A stretch of DNA of 64,000 nt, taken from positions 36-64,035 of the forward strand of contig CAYRIY010000006.1 in assembly GCA_964424335.1 (NCBI GenBank). Reading direction: 5' to 3'. Shown here in pieces: positions 36,106 to 46,589 of the stretch. Within the stretch, counting starts at the first letter, position 1; each line of letters starts with the position of its first letter. Source of the stretch: an uncultured Clostridia bacterium. Its GTDB lineage: Bacteria > Bacillota > Limnochordia > DTU080 > RSA5. A program made the translations under genes and the position numbers. Under the pieces are notes generated by a model. The model searched no databases. It saw only the letters and a program-made list of their open reading frames with translations, and was not told the origin of the DNA.

Positions 36106-36346
36106 ATATGGGTTGACCTTCAAAAAATGGAAAAAACAGGTCCAAGGTCCTGCCAAGGAAGCCCGGGATAGGACTGTAGACCCGTGTCGGGTCGGGACTA
36201 TAGTCTGGCCATGGATCGGGACCAAAGTCCGACGTCGTACATCGACCAAAAAATACGACAATAAAGGTCTTTGGAACGGCGTCGAGTTCGTCGATATCAA
36301 GAGGTGATCGGCTATTTCATGCGAAAATACTCGTCGACCGCTGCCC

Positions 36347-36934
36347 ATGAAAGGCAGCAGCTTTACGCGAGGAAGGGGGACGCACGAGGTGGCCCAACGT
36401 GCCTTGGGACATGAGATTCTCGACTGGCTTCGCACGATTGTGATCGGAGGGGCATGCGCGGCCTTCGTGATCTTGTTTATCGCCCAATCTTACGTCGTCG
36501 AAGGCTCTTCGATGGATCCCAACATGCGCGATCGAGATCGCTTGCTGGTAGAGAAGGTCAGTTATCGGTTGCATGAGCCCCGTCGAGGCGATGTCGTCGT
36601 CTTTCGCACCGAAAGCGAAGCGTTGATCAAGCGCGTCATCGCCGTCCCCGGCGACACGGTCCTCATCAAGGATCACGGCGTGTACGTCAACGGGATCCGA
36701 CTCGAAGAGGACTACCTCAATGACCGAATGATCGCCTACAGGCAGATCGGTCCGCTCACCGTACCCGAAGACCAGTATTATGTGCTGGGCGACAACCGAA
36801 ACGTCAGCAGGGACAGCCGCGATCCGACGCTCGGATTGGTCAAGGCAGAGACCATCGTTGGGCGAGCCCTTGTTCGTTACTGGCCCTTGACCCGAGTCGG
36901 CATCATCCAGGCCTTCCGCCCCTACGGGGAGTGA
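36347..36934 (+). CDS. lepB: signal peptidase I
   Basis: S26 boxes VEGSSMDP, RGDVVVF, IKRVIAVPGD, YYVLGDNRNVSRDSR. Confidence 0.85.
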   Translation: MKGSSFTRGRGTHEVAQRALGHEILDWLRTIVIGGACAAFVILFIAQSYVVEGSSMDPNMRDRDRLLVEKVSYRLHEPRRGDVVVFRTESEALIKRVIAVPGDTVLIKDHGVYVNGIRLEEDYLNDRMIAYRQIGPLTVPEDQYYVLGDNRNVSRDSRDPTLGLVKAETIVGRALVRYWPLTRVGIIQAFRPYGE

Positions 36935-38084
36935 CCGCATCGCTTGGCCGATGCTCACGGCGTGTGCCGCACGATTTGCGGATCACGAGGTGGGTCTCCA
37001 GCACCACGCCCTTTGAGGCTCCGCCGCCGGATCCGATCAACTCGAGGAGGAGAGCGGTCGCTCTGCGACCTATCTCCTCTTTTTGCTGCGCCACCGTCGT
37101 GAGCGGCACGTCGATGCGATCGGCAATGTCGATGTCGTCAAATCCGATCACCGCCATCTCCTCCGGAACGTGGACGCCCATCGTTCGGCACGCAGCAATG
37201 ACGTCGAGCGCGACGAGGTCGTTCACGGCAAACACCGCGGTGACTCCAAGGTCGAGGAGCGTCGTCGCAAGGCCGCGATAGGCCTCATGAGCAGATTTTT
37301 CATCCATCCTGGATATTTGGGGAACAAAAACGTATAGGCTCGAGTCGTACGACAGCCCTTTTCGTTCGAACGCCTCCCGGTACCCGGCAAATCGATCCCA
37401 GACCGTATGGACGCTGAGCGGGCTCCCCGCGGCAAAAGCGATCCGCTCATGACCGTGATCGATCAAGTGCATGACCGCCTCCGCCGCCCCCTTTTGGTTG
37501 TCGGAGATCACATACGACACGTCGCTCCGCTGTAGGCGTCGGTCCATCGTGACGCACGGGATCCCATTGAGCAAGAGCGCGTCTAGTCCGGGCAGGACGA
37601 CGACTTCGTCCGTCGGAAAGATGAGCAGCCCACTGAGGCCCACGCCCGCGAGTTCCGCGATCACCTCCGCTTCCCGCCTCGCGTCGGCCCTCGAGCTTCG
37701 AAAGACAAGCTCAAACCCGCTTGCGGTCGCCGCCTGCTCCACACCTCGGATCACGTCCGAAAGGAAGTGGTCGGTGACGTACGGCACGACCAGCCCGATC
37801 AGTCCGGCGTTGACGTCCTTGGCTCCCTGTTTTTCGCCTCGATTTCTTCCCCGGCCGATGCGCACAAACGTCCCCCGGCCCCGAAGCCGCTCCACAAACC
37901 CGCTTCGTTCCAGGTCGGCGAGGGCTTGGCGCACCGTGTGACGACTCACGAAAAACTGCTCGGAAAGCTGATGCTCAGAAGGGATGAGTTCGCCGTCCGA
38001 TAGCCGCCCAGCCTCGATGTCCGATCGGAGCCGGCGACTCAATTGAATGTATAATGGAATTCCACCGCGAGGATCCAGCCTCAT
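36903..38084 (-). CDS. GntR-family HTH transcriptional regulator with a periplasmic-binding-protein (LacI-type) sugar-binding domain
   Basis: N-terminus IPLYIQLSRRLRSDIEAGRL...LIPSEHQLSEQFFVSRHTVRQALADL (GntR HTH), then a PBP1-type fold (LIGLVVPYVTDHF..., AVNDLVALDVIAACR). Confidence 0.75.
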   Translation of the reverse strand: MRLDPRGGIPLYIQLSRRLRSDIEAGRLSDGELIPSEHQLSEQFFVSRHTVRQALADLERSGFVERLRGRGTFVRIGRGRNRGEKQGAKDVNAGLIGLVVPYVTDHFLSDVIRGVEQAATASGFELVFRSSRADARREAEVIAELAGVGLSGLLIFPTDEVVVLPGLDALLLNGIPCVTMDRRLQRSDVSYVISDNQKGAAEAVMHLIDHGHERIAFAAGSPLSVHTVWDRFAGYREAFERKGLSYDSSLYVFVPQISRMDEKSAHEAYRGLATTLLDLGVTAVFAVNDLVALDVIAACRTMGVHVPEEMAVIGFDDIDIADRIDVPLTTVAQQKEEIGRRATALLLELIGSGGGASKGVVLETHLVIRKSCGTRREHRPSDAVTPRRGGRPG

Positions 38085-38451
38085 ATTTCTAAACCCCGGT
38101 CGCGCAACATCTTGTCCAATATGGATTCATCGCCGACGACGCCGGTTCCCTTCGTGTCCACCAAATGTGACCGCCCCTTAGAACTTGTTCGGATTTCCCA
38201 GGATTGGTTCAACCAGATTCTGAAAAAATCACCCATTCCCTGTGCAGGAACTATACGTCGTAGTCAGAATATTATCCTTGTACGTACCTTCTGTACGTAT
38301 CGAGCGGCTCGAAATCAGAGTTGGACGAGCAACAATGCTCAAATCGAGGAAAGAGGGTGACACCCCGGTATATTCGCTACATGTGCCAGGCCTCACGTAG
38401 TTCAGCGACTCAAATTGACGTGGCTAAAAAAACGTCCAAAAGAACGGGAGG

Positions 38452-39747
38452 TTGTCATCATTGCGAAATCGATTCATCGGGTTTACACTCATCGCACTGT
38501 TGATCGCGTTCGGTTCGGTAGTCGCCTTTGCGGCCCCCGTCGAGATCAGCTACTGGGGCGTCTGGGGCGGAGAGCCCGCCCAATCGATTGAAAACGACGT
38601 CATCAATGCGTTCAACGAAGCATTCGAAGGCCGGTACCGGGTCGTCGGCAGCCCCGCGGTCTCCCCTGAGCAGCTCACCACGGCCGTCATCGGGGGCGCT
38701 CCGCCGGACGTCGTCAAGGTCGACCGGTTTGAGGTAGGCTCGTACGCCTCTGCAAACGTCATCACCCCGCTCGACGACCTGATCGCCAGGGACGGATTTT
38801 CGCTTGCCGAGTATTACCCCGCCACGAGTGATGAGGCATTCTACCAGGGCCAAACCTACGCCATTCCCTGGAATACGGACAACCGCGCCCTCTACTACAA
38901 CATCAGCATGTTTGCAGAGGCGGGTCTCGATCCCAACGCGCCGCCCACTACGTGGGAACAAGTCGATGAGTACGCTCGCGTGCTCGACCGGTGGAATCCC
39001 GACGGGACCCTTGCCCAAGGCGGGTTTGTTCCCCACTGGGGCAACTGGTACTTCCTCGGCTGGCTCTGGGCCGCCGGCGGCGAAGTGCTTAGCGAAGACA
39101 ACCGCACCGTCGCGTGGAACGGCCCTGAGGGCCACAGAGCGATCAACTGGATGAAGGAAGCGCTCGACAAGTACGGCGGCGCCCCCGAGCTCGACGCCTG
39201 GAGCGGCTCGGTCACCAACGGCGCATTTTACGGTGGTCGCCTCGGCATGATGATGGACGGTTCCTGGGCCCTTGGCCACATCAAGAACATCGGCATGGAG
39301 GGCCAGTTTGGCGTCGCCAACCCGCCGCGGCCTGCCGGTCTTGAACACGAGCCGATCACCTGGTCCGGCGGATTTGCCCTGGCAATTCCGGTCGGGGTAA
39401 GCGAAGAGAAGCGTCGCGGCGCGTGGGAGTTCATCAAGTTCTACACGAGCCACTGGGCGCAAACGCAGCTTGGATCGCGCAGCGGACAGATCCCGGCGCT
39501 GCGTTCGGCCGCCACGTCTGAGGAGTTCATGAGCATCGACCCGCTCATCTACAAGTTCGTCGACCTCATGTCCTACAGCCGCTTCCGCCCTGTCATCCCG
39601 GCGGGCACACAAATGTGGCGGATCTACGTCGACCAGGTCCACTCGCTATTGACCGGCGGAGACACGCCGCCTGAGCAGATCATGTTGCAGACTGCCGAAA
39701 ATGGTCAGCAAGCCCTAGACGAGGGCTGGATGCGAGCAGGGCTGTAA
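38452..39747 (+). CDS. ABC transporter extracellular solute-binding protein (family 1, sugar)
   Basis: Signal/anchor sequence, then a typical SBP_bac_1 layout (YQGQTYAIPWNTD..., GGFALAIP). Confidence 0.85.
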   Translation: MSSLRNRFIGFTLIALLIAFGSVVAFAAPVEISYWGVWGGEPAQSIENDVINAFNEAFEGRYRVVGSPAVSPEQLTTAVIGGAPPDVVKVDRFEVGSYASANVITPLDDLIARDGFSLAEYYPATSDEAFYQGQTYAIPWNTDNRALYYNISMFAEAGLDPNAPPTTWEQVDEYARVLDRWNPDGTLAQGGFVPHWGNWYFLGWLWAAGGEVLSEDNRTVAWNGPEGHRAINWMKEALDKYGGAPELDAWSGSVTNGAFYGGRLGMMMDGSWALGHIKNIGMEGQFGVANPPRPAGLEHEPITWSGGFALAIPVGVSEEKRRGAWEFIKFYTSHWAQTQLGSRSGQIPALRSAATSEEFMSIDPLIYKFVDLMSYSRFRPVIPAGTQMWRIYVDQVHSLLTGGDTPPEQIMLQTAENGQQALDEGWMRAGL

Positions 39748-39781
39748 AAACAATTACAGTCAGATGCGATCGATTGAGGGC

Positions 39782-39818
39782 GGTCCCGGGCGTCGATGCC
39801 CGGGACCGCAGTTTTTAC
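39782..39818 (+). terminator. intrinsic terminator
   Basis: GGTCCCGGGC-gtcgat-GCCCGGGACC followed by GCAGTTTTTAC, directly after the SBP gene. Confidence 0.55.
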
Positions 39819-39860
39819 ATTGCGCCCTAACCTATAATCCCTCGTTTGCCAAGATCCACT

Positions 39861-41222
39861 CTATGCCGCCTGCGCCGCCTCGCCAGGCGCCTCGTGGCGC
39901 GCACTCGCCTGCCGCCACACGACGACGGATTCGATCGCCTCTCCGAGGCAGTAGACGAAGGCGCCCACGACCGCTGCGTCCCAAGGAAACAGGGCTGAAG
40001 CCGGTCCAAACGCAATGTAGATCGCCACTGCAACGGTGGCTAAGTTTGCCACTTTGGCGTACCCGATGATCGACGTGCGCCGCCGGAGCATGAGCATGCC
40101 CCAATACGCCTCTCGCCAAGCGGCCACGGCCGGCTGTATAGCGAAGACGGTGATCGTTTGCAAGGCGATCTCCCCTACGAGTTCCGGAATCCCCATAAGG
40201 GTCATGACGACGAAGCGACCGACAGGACTCTGTGCGAATAGGAGCATGAGCGTCCCGATCACAAACCCCGTAGCGATCGAGAAGTTCCGCACCCGGCGCC
40301 AGTTCGGGTCGCTCGCATCCTTTACAAAGACCAGTGTGCATTGGTGGACCATCGACGTTCCACCGGCGAGCAAGACGAGAAGTCCAAGCGCGACGCCATA
40401 GGCGGCGAGCGAAATCGTAGGCGACGCGCTCTTTCCGACACCGCTTTGGATCAGCGGGTGCATCCACCCGGCAATCCAGATCATGACCGCGAGCGGCGCA
40501 AAGAAGCGGGCAATCACAGGCAATGCCACGGGTTCGTCGCCCTTTCTTGGAATCGCGTGCGCCGCGCGGGTAAGCGACCCAAATCTCTTGATGAGGTACG
40601 CGCCCAAGAAGCTTCCCTCGATGCCAAGTCCCAAGACCCACGCAATCGAGCCGACGATGAGGCCGGGCAAAGAGCCCGTGATGAGGAAGATTCCAAGGAA
40701 GAGCATGACGGCGACCGTCCGCACCGCAAGGCCGACGGGCATCATCGCGGCGCCCCGATGGCTGATGGCGAGCCCATGCACGATATTGCGGAACGTCTCC
40801 ACAATGGGAAGCAAAAAGACGATGAACAAGCCGCGCGAGGCGAGCGAGAGCTCTTCGCCGGACGAGAGTCCCACGCGTCCGAGCGCCCAAGCCCCGAGGG
40901 GCGTGAACGCCATAATGAGCAAAACCGCCACGAAACAGGCCGTCATGCCCCATACAAATCTCAACACATTTCCAAAGCTATCTTTGCCGTCGACCAAAGC
41001 CACGACCATCTGCCTCACGGTGTTGGTCGGGGCCTTGACGGCGTTGACGAGCGCTTGGAGAACTGCGTACGCGGCGAGATTCACTTCGGGGGCGGGTAGC
41101 CGGGCCAAGGTGGCGCTTGTCAGCGTGTGTGAGATTGCGATCATGAAGGGCGTGACGCCTAGGGGAATAAAAAAGCGGGCAATTTGACCGTAAGTGACCG
41201 GCCTTTCCGACGATGGCCGCAA
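39861..41222 (-). CDS. polytopic membrane transporter, MATE/MOP-superfamily-like
   Basis: About 12 predicted hydrophobic helices across 453 aa. The other-frame ORF 39832..40953 is considered spurious. Confidence 0.45.
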   Translation of the reverse strand: MRPSSERPVTYGQIARFFIPLGVTPFMIAISHTLTSATLARLPAPEVNLAAYAVLQALVNAVKAPTNTVRQMVVALVDGKDSFGNVLRFVWGMTACFVAVLLIMAFTPLGAWALGRVGLSSGEELSLASRGLFIVFLLPIVETFRNIVHGLAISHRGAAMMPVGLAVRTVAVMLFLGIFLITGSLPGLIVGSIAWVLGLGIEGSFLGAYLIKRFGSLTRAAHAIPRKGDEPVALPVIARFFAPLAVMIWIAGWMHPLIQSGVGKSASPTISLAAYGVALGLLVLLAGGTSMVHQCTLVFVKDASDPNWRRVRNFSIATGFVIGTLMLLFAQSPVGRFVVMTLMGIPELVGEIALQTITVFAIQPAVAAWREAYWGMLMLRRRTSIIGYAKVANLATVAVAIYIAFGPASALFPWDAAVVGAFVYCLGEAIESVVVWRQASARHEAPGEAAQAA

Positions 41223-41428
41223 CGCAGGATCCCTCTTTAGACTGGGTGATATCAGACAGAGGGGTATTCAAGTCGACAGCCCGCACTCCCTGTCAGTTGC
41301 CCGTGGGACGCCCAAATTCGCCTGATCCGAGCAACTGCGGCATGTACCTCCATCGATTTCAGAGGAAGATCGCACTTTATACGGAAATTTGCCATTAGTC
41401 ACACTACACTTGACTGGGGGATGTACAC

Positions 41429-42724
41429 GTGCCGATCATCAAGCGAACCGGAACGCTCGCCCTTGTCCTGACGATGCTCATGGTTCTCCTCGCGTTGCCC
41501 GGTCAGGGCGCGGAGCGTAAGCTCACGGTCGGAATCATCTGGGGACCGACCGGCGCCGAATCTGCAGGGTTCGTACCAGCCGCGGAAGCGTTTCAAGCAA
41601 TTTACCCGGACGTCGAAGTCGAGTTCCTATGGACCACCTCCCTCGGCGACTTCGTCTCCGATGCCGCCACTGCCAAGGTGATCAATATGATCGTCGGGGG
41701 CCTTCCGCCCGACATCGTCATGGTGAGCGGCCAAAACGTGCCGCAATACGCCGTCGAGGGCTTCCTCCACCCCATCGACAGGTACGTCCAGGCGGATGGG
41801 CTGAATCCGCAGGACTTCGTTCCCCCGGCCTGGAGCCAGACGTTTTGGGACGGCCGTCAGTACGCAATGACGCTGCAGGTTGATCCAAATTTTGCACTCG
41901 TTTGGAACAAGGATATCTTTAGCCAGTCGGGACTCGATCCTGAGCGCGGACCGGAAACGCTTGCCGAATGGGAGGAGTACTTTCGGACGCTCACCCGGAT
42001 CGACGGCGAGGGCATCGTCACGCAGATCGCGCAGCGGCCTTGGGACGTCTACGGATCTGCCAACACCACCTTTACCTGGGGCTGGGTATTTGGCGGAGCG
42101 TTTTACGACTACGAAAACCAGCGGGTCACGGCGGCAGACCCTAGAAACGTCGAGGCCGTCGAATTCATCCGGGACTACCACCAGCGCTACAACGCGTCGC
42201 TCGGCGGCGACATCAGCTTCCCCGGCGGCAACGAAGCGATGCGCTTCGCAGTGACATCAAACCTCCTCCAATGGAGGACCAACTTCCCCGACATCCCGCT
42301 GGGCGCCGGGTTTGAGCCGTACAAAGCCGACACCGGCAGCCCCAACCCGTCCTGGATCGGGGGCTGGGCCATGGCGATCCTCGAGGAGAGCCAAAACAAA
42401 GATCTGGCCTGGGAGTTTCTGAAGTTCATCACCGCTTCCGAAGAAGGCACCTATGCCTTCGCCAAGCCATCGGGGTGGATTCCCGCGTACTTGCGCTCCC
42501 CCATCATGGCCGACTTCATGGAGGATCCGCACCTGTCGGTGTACCTGCAGATTGCCCAGAGCGCCCGATTTGTGCGACCTGCCATGCCCGTCATCTCGAC
42601 GTACATGACGGAGCTCGGCAGCGCCCTGGACCAAGTGCTGCAAGGGACCGTTCAGCCGGCCGACGCGCTGCGATTCGTCGAGCAGATCGTGCAGCAGGAG
42701 CAAGACCGAGTGCTTGCCCGCTAG
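41429..42724 (+). CDS. ABC transporter extracellular solute-binding protein (family 1)
   Basis: Signal peptide MPIIKRTGTLALVLTMLMVLLALPGQGAER, then an SBP_bac_1-like sequence. Confidence 0.85.
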   Translation: MPIIKRTGTLALVLTMLMVLLALPGQGAERKLTVGIIWGPTGAESAGFVPAAEAFQAIYPDVEVEFLWTTSLGDFVSDAATAKVINMIVGGLPPDIVMVSGQNVPQYAVEGFLHPIDRYVQADGLNPQDFVPPAWSQTFWDGRQYAMTLQVDPNFALVWNKDIFSQSGLDPERGPETLAEWEEYFRTLTRIDGEGIVTQIAQRPWDVYGSANTTFTWGWVFGGAFYDYENQRVTAADPRNVEAVEFIRDYHQRYNASLGGDISFPGGNEAMRFAVTSNLLQWRTNFPDIPLGAGFEPYKADTGSPNPSWIGGWAMAILEESQNKDLAWEFLKFITASEEGTYAFAKPSGWIPAYLRSPIMADFMEDPHLSVYLQIAQSARFVRPAMPVISTYMTELGSALDQVLQGTVQPADALRFVEQIVQQEQDRVLAR

Positions 42725-42823
42725 CTTCTAGCGCCGAGTTGCGACGCACATCCCGTCGCCCGACTCGATTTTCGGGGCGCTTCGGATCGGCATCTCCCGC
42801 CTGGTCCGAGGCGTCCCGGCCGC

Positions 42824-44188
42824 TCACGTGGGCACGGGAAACCGGGCGAGGAAACTTGCAAAGCGGTGCCACATCGTCGACCCCGAACGGTACATATCGG
42901 CATCGAAGGCTTCAAAGACCGAGTAATCCGGGCAAAAATCACATTCGATCAACCAAAACTCCCCGTCGGGACCGATCGCTACATCAACGCCCACATCGCC
43001 CAAGGTTTGAAAATCTTCCTCGAGCCGCCCCAATAGGTCACAGCACCACGCGACCGCGCGCTGTTCGACCTCCCTGGCCTGGTCGAGCTCGATTTTCAAA
43101 GCGGCGGTCAACGCCAGGTCCACGGGGAGCAAGATGGCGCCGTGTTCGGGAGCTGCCGAGACGCTTCCAGGGGGGATGAGCTTCGCGAACTTCCCGTGAC
43201 AGCAAAACTCGCCCGTTCCACCCCGCTGGATCAAAAACCGCACGTCAAACGGACGACCTCCGATGGTTGCCGACGGTACAGGCTCCTGCACGATGTAGCG
43301 GCCACCGAGCATGTACGGGCGCCCTAAAAACGCCCGCAGCTCCTTGTTTGTGCGAAATCGGCGGCGCACATCTTTGCCTTGAGAAAGGTACGTCGCCTCG
43401 ACCCCTGTTCCCGTGAGCTCGAGGAGTACGACGCCTCGGCCTTGGTCGTCGGAGCGCGGCTTGAGCCAAATGCGCTGCGAGCGGTCGAGCGCCTCCCGCA
43501 CCGCATGAAACGACGAGGCAAGGCTGACGGGCGCGAGGTGGGGCGCAAGGTCCGCGTGGCGGGCGACTGCCTGATGCACGTCCCATCGATCGACGCTGCA
43601 GCGGCCGTTGAAAACGCGCCGGTCCGTCCACTGCAGCCACTCGTTCTCGGCCTTTGCCGTCAGTGTGGTGCGCCGGTGAACCGCCGCCGGAATGGGAAAT
43701 CGGCCGGAAATCCACGGACCCGCCTCGTGGTTGGGGTTGTAGTACCTGCCGTTAACGAAGCCCGAGTTCCAGTCGACGTCGTCGGGTCCAAGGAGAATCG
43801 TGAGTCCCTTCACCTCGCCGTACGCCTGCATCAAGCGCTCCCATTCGCGATCTGAGACGCCTCCTCGCTGACCACGAGCGTCGACGATCAACCCAATGAT
43901 GGGCCCCAGGACGATCGAGGCGGGCCCGGAACGAGCGAGCCGATACTCTAGATCCGTGACGAGGTTTAGTTCTTGAGCAAGGGCTACGGACGGGACGACG
44001 AAGCGGCGCCGCCCCTTGTGACTCGAAGCGCCGACAATGCCGATCTGCGCCTCCGTCGATCGCAGGCCATACGAGAGCACGACCTGCCCCCCAAGTGGCA
44101 GCTCCCACTCGTCTAGGAGCGACTGAGGCAACCACAAACAGCGGTCCGGCCCTGGATCCGGGGCGCTCAACCAAACGTCTGCGTACAT
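42824..44188 (-). CDS. YheC/YheD-family ATP-grasp protein
   Basis: C-terminal ATP-grasp region (RIWLKPRSDDQGRGVVLL..., RFLIQRGGTGEF..., LIECDFCPD). Similar to the Bacillus YheC/D family. Confidence 0.55.
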   Translation of the reverse strand: MYADVWLSAPDPGPDRCLWLPQSLLDEWELPLGGQVVLSYGLRSTEAQIGIVGASSHKGRRRFVVPSVALAQELNLVTDLEYRLARSGPASIVLGPIIGLIVDARGQRGGVSDREWERLMQAYGEVKGLTILLGPDDVDWNSGFVNGRYYNPNHEAGPWISGRFPIPAAVHRRTTLTAKAENEWLQWTDRRVFNGRCSVDRWDVHQAVARHADLAPHLAPVSLASSFHAVREALDRSQRIWLKPRSDDQGRGVVLLELTGTGVEATYLSQGKDVRRRFRTNKELRAFLGRPYMLGGRYIVQEPVPSATIGGRPFDVRFLIQRGGTGEFCCHGKFAKLIPPGSVSAAPEHGAILLPVDLALTAALKIELDQAREVEQRAVAWCCDLLGRLEEDFQTLGDVGVDVAIGPDGEFWLIECDFCPDYSVFEAFDADMYRSGSTMWHRFASFLARFPVPT

Positions 44189-44395
44189 CTTAACAATTCA
44201 CCTCGAAATATCCGTTGCACACTTTTCCTTCGGATGACGATCCGCAGCTTTTTGGGGATTCTCGCAATTCTCCATCGGGCTTGAGCGGAGAATGCAGGCC
44301 GACCGCCTTCATCATCGTATGTTATTCACTGCGGATTCGTTCGACCAAGAAGTTTGCGGCGCCAGGAGAATCAAACTCAAGGGAGAGTGTCACGC

Positions 44396-45409
44396 ATGGC
44401 AGCCACTAATAATCGACGCCCCGTCGTATCGATCGTACACGGGCGCCAGCTCACCGAGGAGCTCTACGATGAGGGCATGCTTGAAAGGATCAGGCAGATT
44501 GCCGAATTGCGAATCAATGAATCGGCGGAGCGGCCGTCCGTGGAGCAAGTTGCAAACCTTTTGGAGGACGCCGATGTCGCCGTGACGAGCTGGGGCTGTC
44601 CCACCCTTGACCAAACGGCCTTGCGATCAGCCGACGCTCTAAGGCTCGTGGTACACGCGGCGGGATCGGTAAAACCGATCGTGAGCGACACCCTTTTTGA
44701 GCGAGGAATCCAAGTGACAAGCGGCGCCGCCGTCATCGGCAAAGGGGTGGCCGAGACGACGCTTGGCATCATGATTACCGCGTCCAAGGACATTTTGGGG
44801 TTGAATCAAGCGACGTCTAAAGGGGCGTGGAGCGAGGCCCGCCATACATGCCAGGACTTTTACGACATCACGATCGGCATCGTCGGATGCGGTCAGGTCG
44901 GACGACACCTGATCTCCCTGCTCCAATCCTTCGAAGTGGACGTGTTGGTCTACGATCCATACCTCTCCGATGAAGAAGCCATCCAGATGGGCGTCCGCTC
45001 GGTAAGCCTAAACGAGCTCGTGCGGCGCTCCGACATCGTGTCGCTCCATGCGCCCAGCATCCCCGAGACCCGCCACATCATCAACCACGAGACGCTCGGG
45101 CTGATGCGGGATGGCGCCATATTGATCAACACCGCCCGGGGCAGCCTGATCAACGAGGATGACCTTGTCCGCGAGGTCGCGAGCGGACGGATTCGCGCCT
45201 GGCTCGACGTGACCGACCCGGAGCCCCCTGCCGCCGACCACCCGTTTCGAAAGCTTCCGGGCGTCGTGCTCACCCCGCACATCGCCGGAACGGTCACCAA
45301 TGGACGCAGGCGCATCGGCCGGTATGTGCTTGCGGAGATCGAGCGATTCGCCAAAGGCGAGCCGCCCTTGTACGAAGTGCGCCAAGAGCAGCTCGCTCGC
45401 CTTGCCTAA
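44396..45409 (+). CDS. D-isomer-specific 2-hydroxyacid dehydrogenase (NAD-binding)
   Basis: GIVGCGQVGRHLI (Rossmann fold), LHAPSIPETRHIIN, INTARGSLINEDDL, LDVTDPEP, TPHIAG. Start re-called at ATG 44396 (GGGAGAG RBS). Confidence 0.8.
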   Translation: MAATNNRRPVVSIVHGRQLTEELYDEGMLERIRQIAELRINESAERPSVEQVANLLEDADVAVTSWGCPTLDQTALRSADALRLVVHAAGSVKPIVSDTLFERGIQVTSGAAVIGKGVAETTLGIMITASKDILGLNQATSKGAWSEARHTCQDFYDITIGIVGCGQVGRHLISLLQSFEVDVLVYDPYLSDEEAIQMGVRSVSLNELVRRSDIVSLHAPSIPETRHIINHETLGLMRDGAILINTARGSLINEDDLVREVASGRIRAWLDVTDPEPPAADHPFRKLPGVVLTPHIAGTVTNGRRRIGRYVLAEIERFAKGEPPLYEVRQEQLARLA

Positions 45410-46207
45410 CTAAGAGGGTCGATCAAAAAGCGTGCGCAGGTAGGCAACGTCCTCCCGTGCAAGGCGCTCCACCTCGTGCTCCGCGCTGTACTCGGCGCTG
45501 AGACAGAGGACGCCGTCATACCCGCGGGCGTTCACATACCGGGCAATGCGGGGCCACGAGGCAAAGCCCTGCCTGCCGCTGGTCCAGTACACCTTCCAAT
45601 CGACGTCCTCGGCTTCCGGACCGGTCTTCCTTATCCGGATCGCGTTTTTGACGTTGATCATGAGGAGGCTCGGCCAGACGATCTCGAGGCCAAGCTCGGG
45701 CTCTTCGCCTTCCAGAGCGTTGTGCGCCGAGTCCCATATTGCGCCGATGTGGCGAGGATCGAATCCTTCAAGCAGGGCCCGCAAGCCGAGGGAATTGGGA
45801 GGAACAAACCGGGCGCAGTGGTTTTGCACGCCGACCTTGACGCCGTACCGCTCACATAGTGGAAGGGTTGCTTCAAGCGTTTCCCGGGCTCTGCGTTCGG
45901 CTTCGAGGTACCCTTCTTTCCCGACGTTGAACATTACCCGGATGATGGAGATGCCGGCGGCCGCACAACCTGCAAAAACAGGCTCCGTCAATGGACCCGC
46001 CACGCTTGCGACATTGATGCCTTGGTCTTGCATGGCGGCCGCAAGGCGCGGGAGGCCCCTTTCGGCATCCTCCGGCTCGATCTGGTATCCGGGGCGAAGC
46101 GGGAACTCGATGGCATCGAAGCCCATATCCCGCACCAGCGCGGCAAGCTCGGGCAGGGGCGTTTCCTTCCAAGGCTTGGTAAAGACGCTATAAGTAATCG
46201 TGCCCAT
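45410..46207 (-). CDS. sugar phosphate isomerase/epimerase (xylose isomerase-like TIM barrel)
   Basis: AP-endonuclease-2/TIM family motifs. Start re-called at 46207 (AAGGAG RBS). Confidence 0.75.
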   Translation of the reverse strand: MGTITYSVFTKPWKETPLPELAALVRDMGFDAIEFPLRPGYQIEPEDAERGLPRLAAAMQDQGINVASVAGPLTEPVFAGCAAAGISIIRVMFNVGKEGYLEAERRARETLEATLPLCERYGVKVGVQNHCARFVPPNSLGLRALLEGFDPRHIGAIWDSAHNALEGEEPELGLEIVWPSLLMINVKNAIRIRKTGPEAEDVDWKVYWTSGRQGFASWPRIARYVNARGYDGVLCLSAEYSAEHEVERLAREDVAYLRTLFDRPS

Positions 46208-46589
46208 GCTTCTTTGTCCACTCCTTACAAAAAACCGATTGGCTGCGGTCCCCACTTGCCGCCCACTAGGGCCAGCGACGCTGGCCCGCTAGGATTTTCA
46301 TCCGCTCGTGGCTTGGCCTGGCCGACAAGGTCGGGCGGCCAAGTGGGTGACGCCTTTGTCCGATGGGGCAAAGGCGACTTCACCTCCCTATTCGTCCTTT
46401 CGGCTGAAGTCCTGCCTTGCAAGTATGTTTGCATACGTGCTTCAGGGGCGTTCGGTCGATTCGACCGTGCCAGGCGAGCGGCCAAAGCCGGGACCGCCAC
46501 GTTGAGGTTGACAACGGCAGCGCCTCGTGCTAGGATTTAATCCAAACTCATCCACAAATTGATGGTCAAAGGTTATGAAAGGGACCAGT

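Noticed and set aside
39832-40953. 373-aa minus-strand ORF in an alternative frame
   Set aside because: Overlaps the multi-TM transporter ORF 39861..41222 in another frame. Arg/Gly-rich low-complexity translation typical of off-frame high-GC DNA.
42740-42800. Weak hairpin gcgacgcacatcccgtcgc after the second SBP gene, considered as a terminator
   Set aside because: Short stem and no convincing U-tract. Left uncalled.
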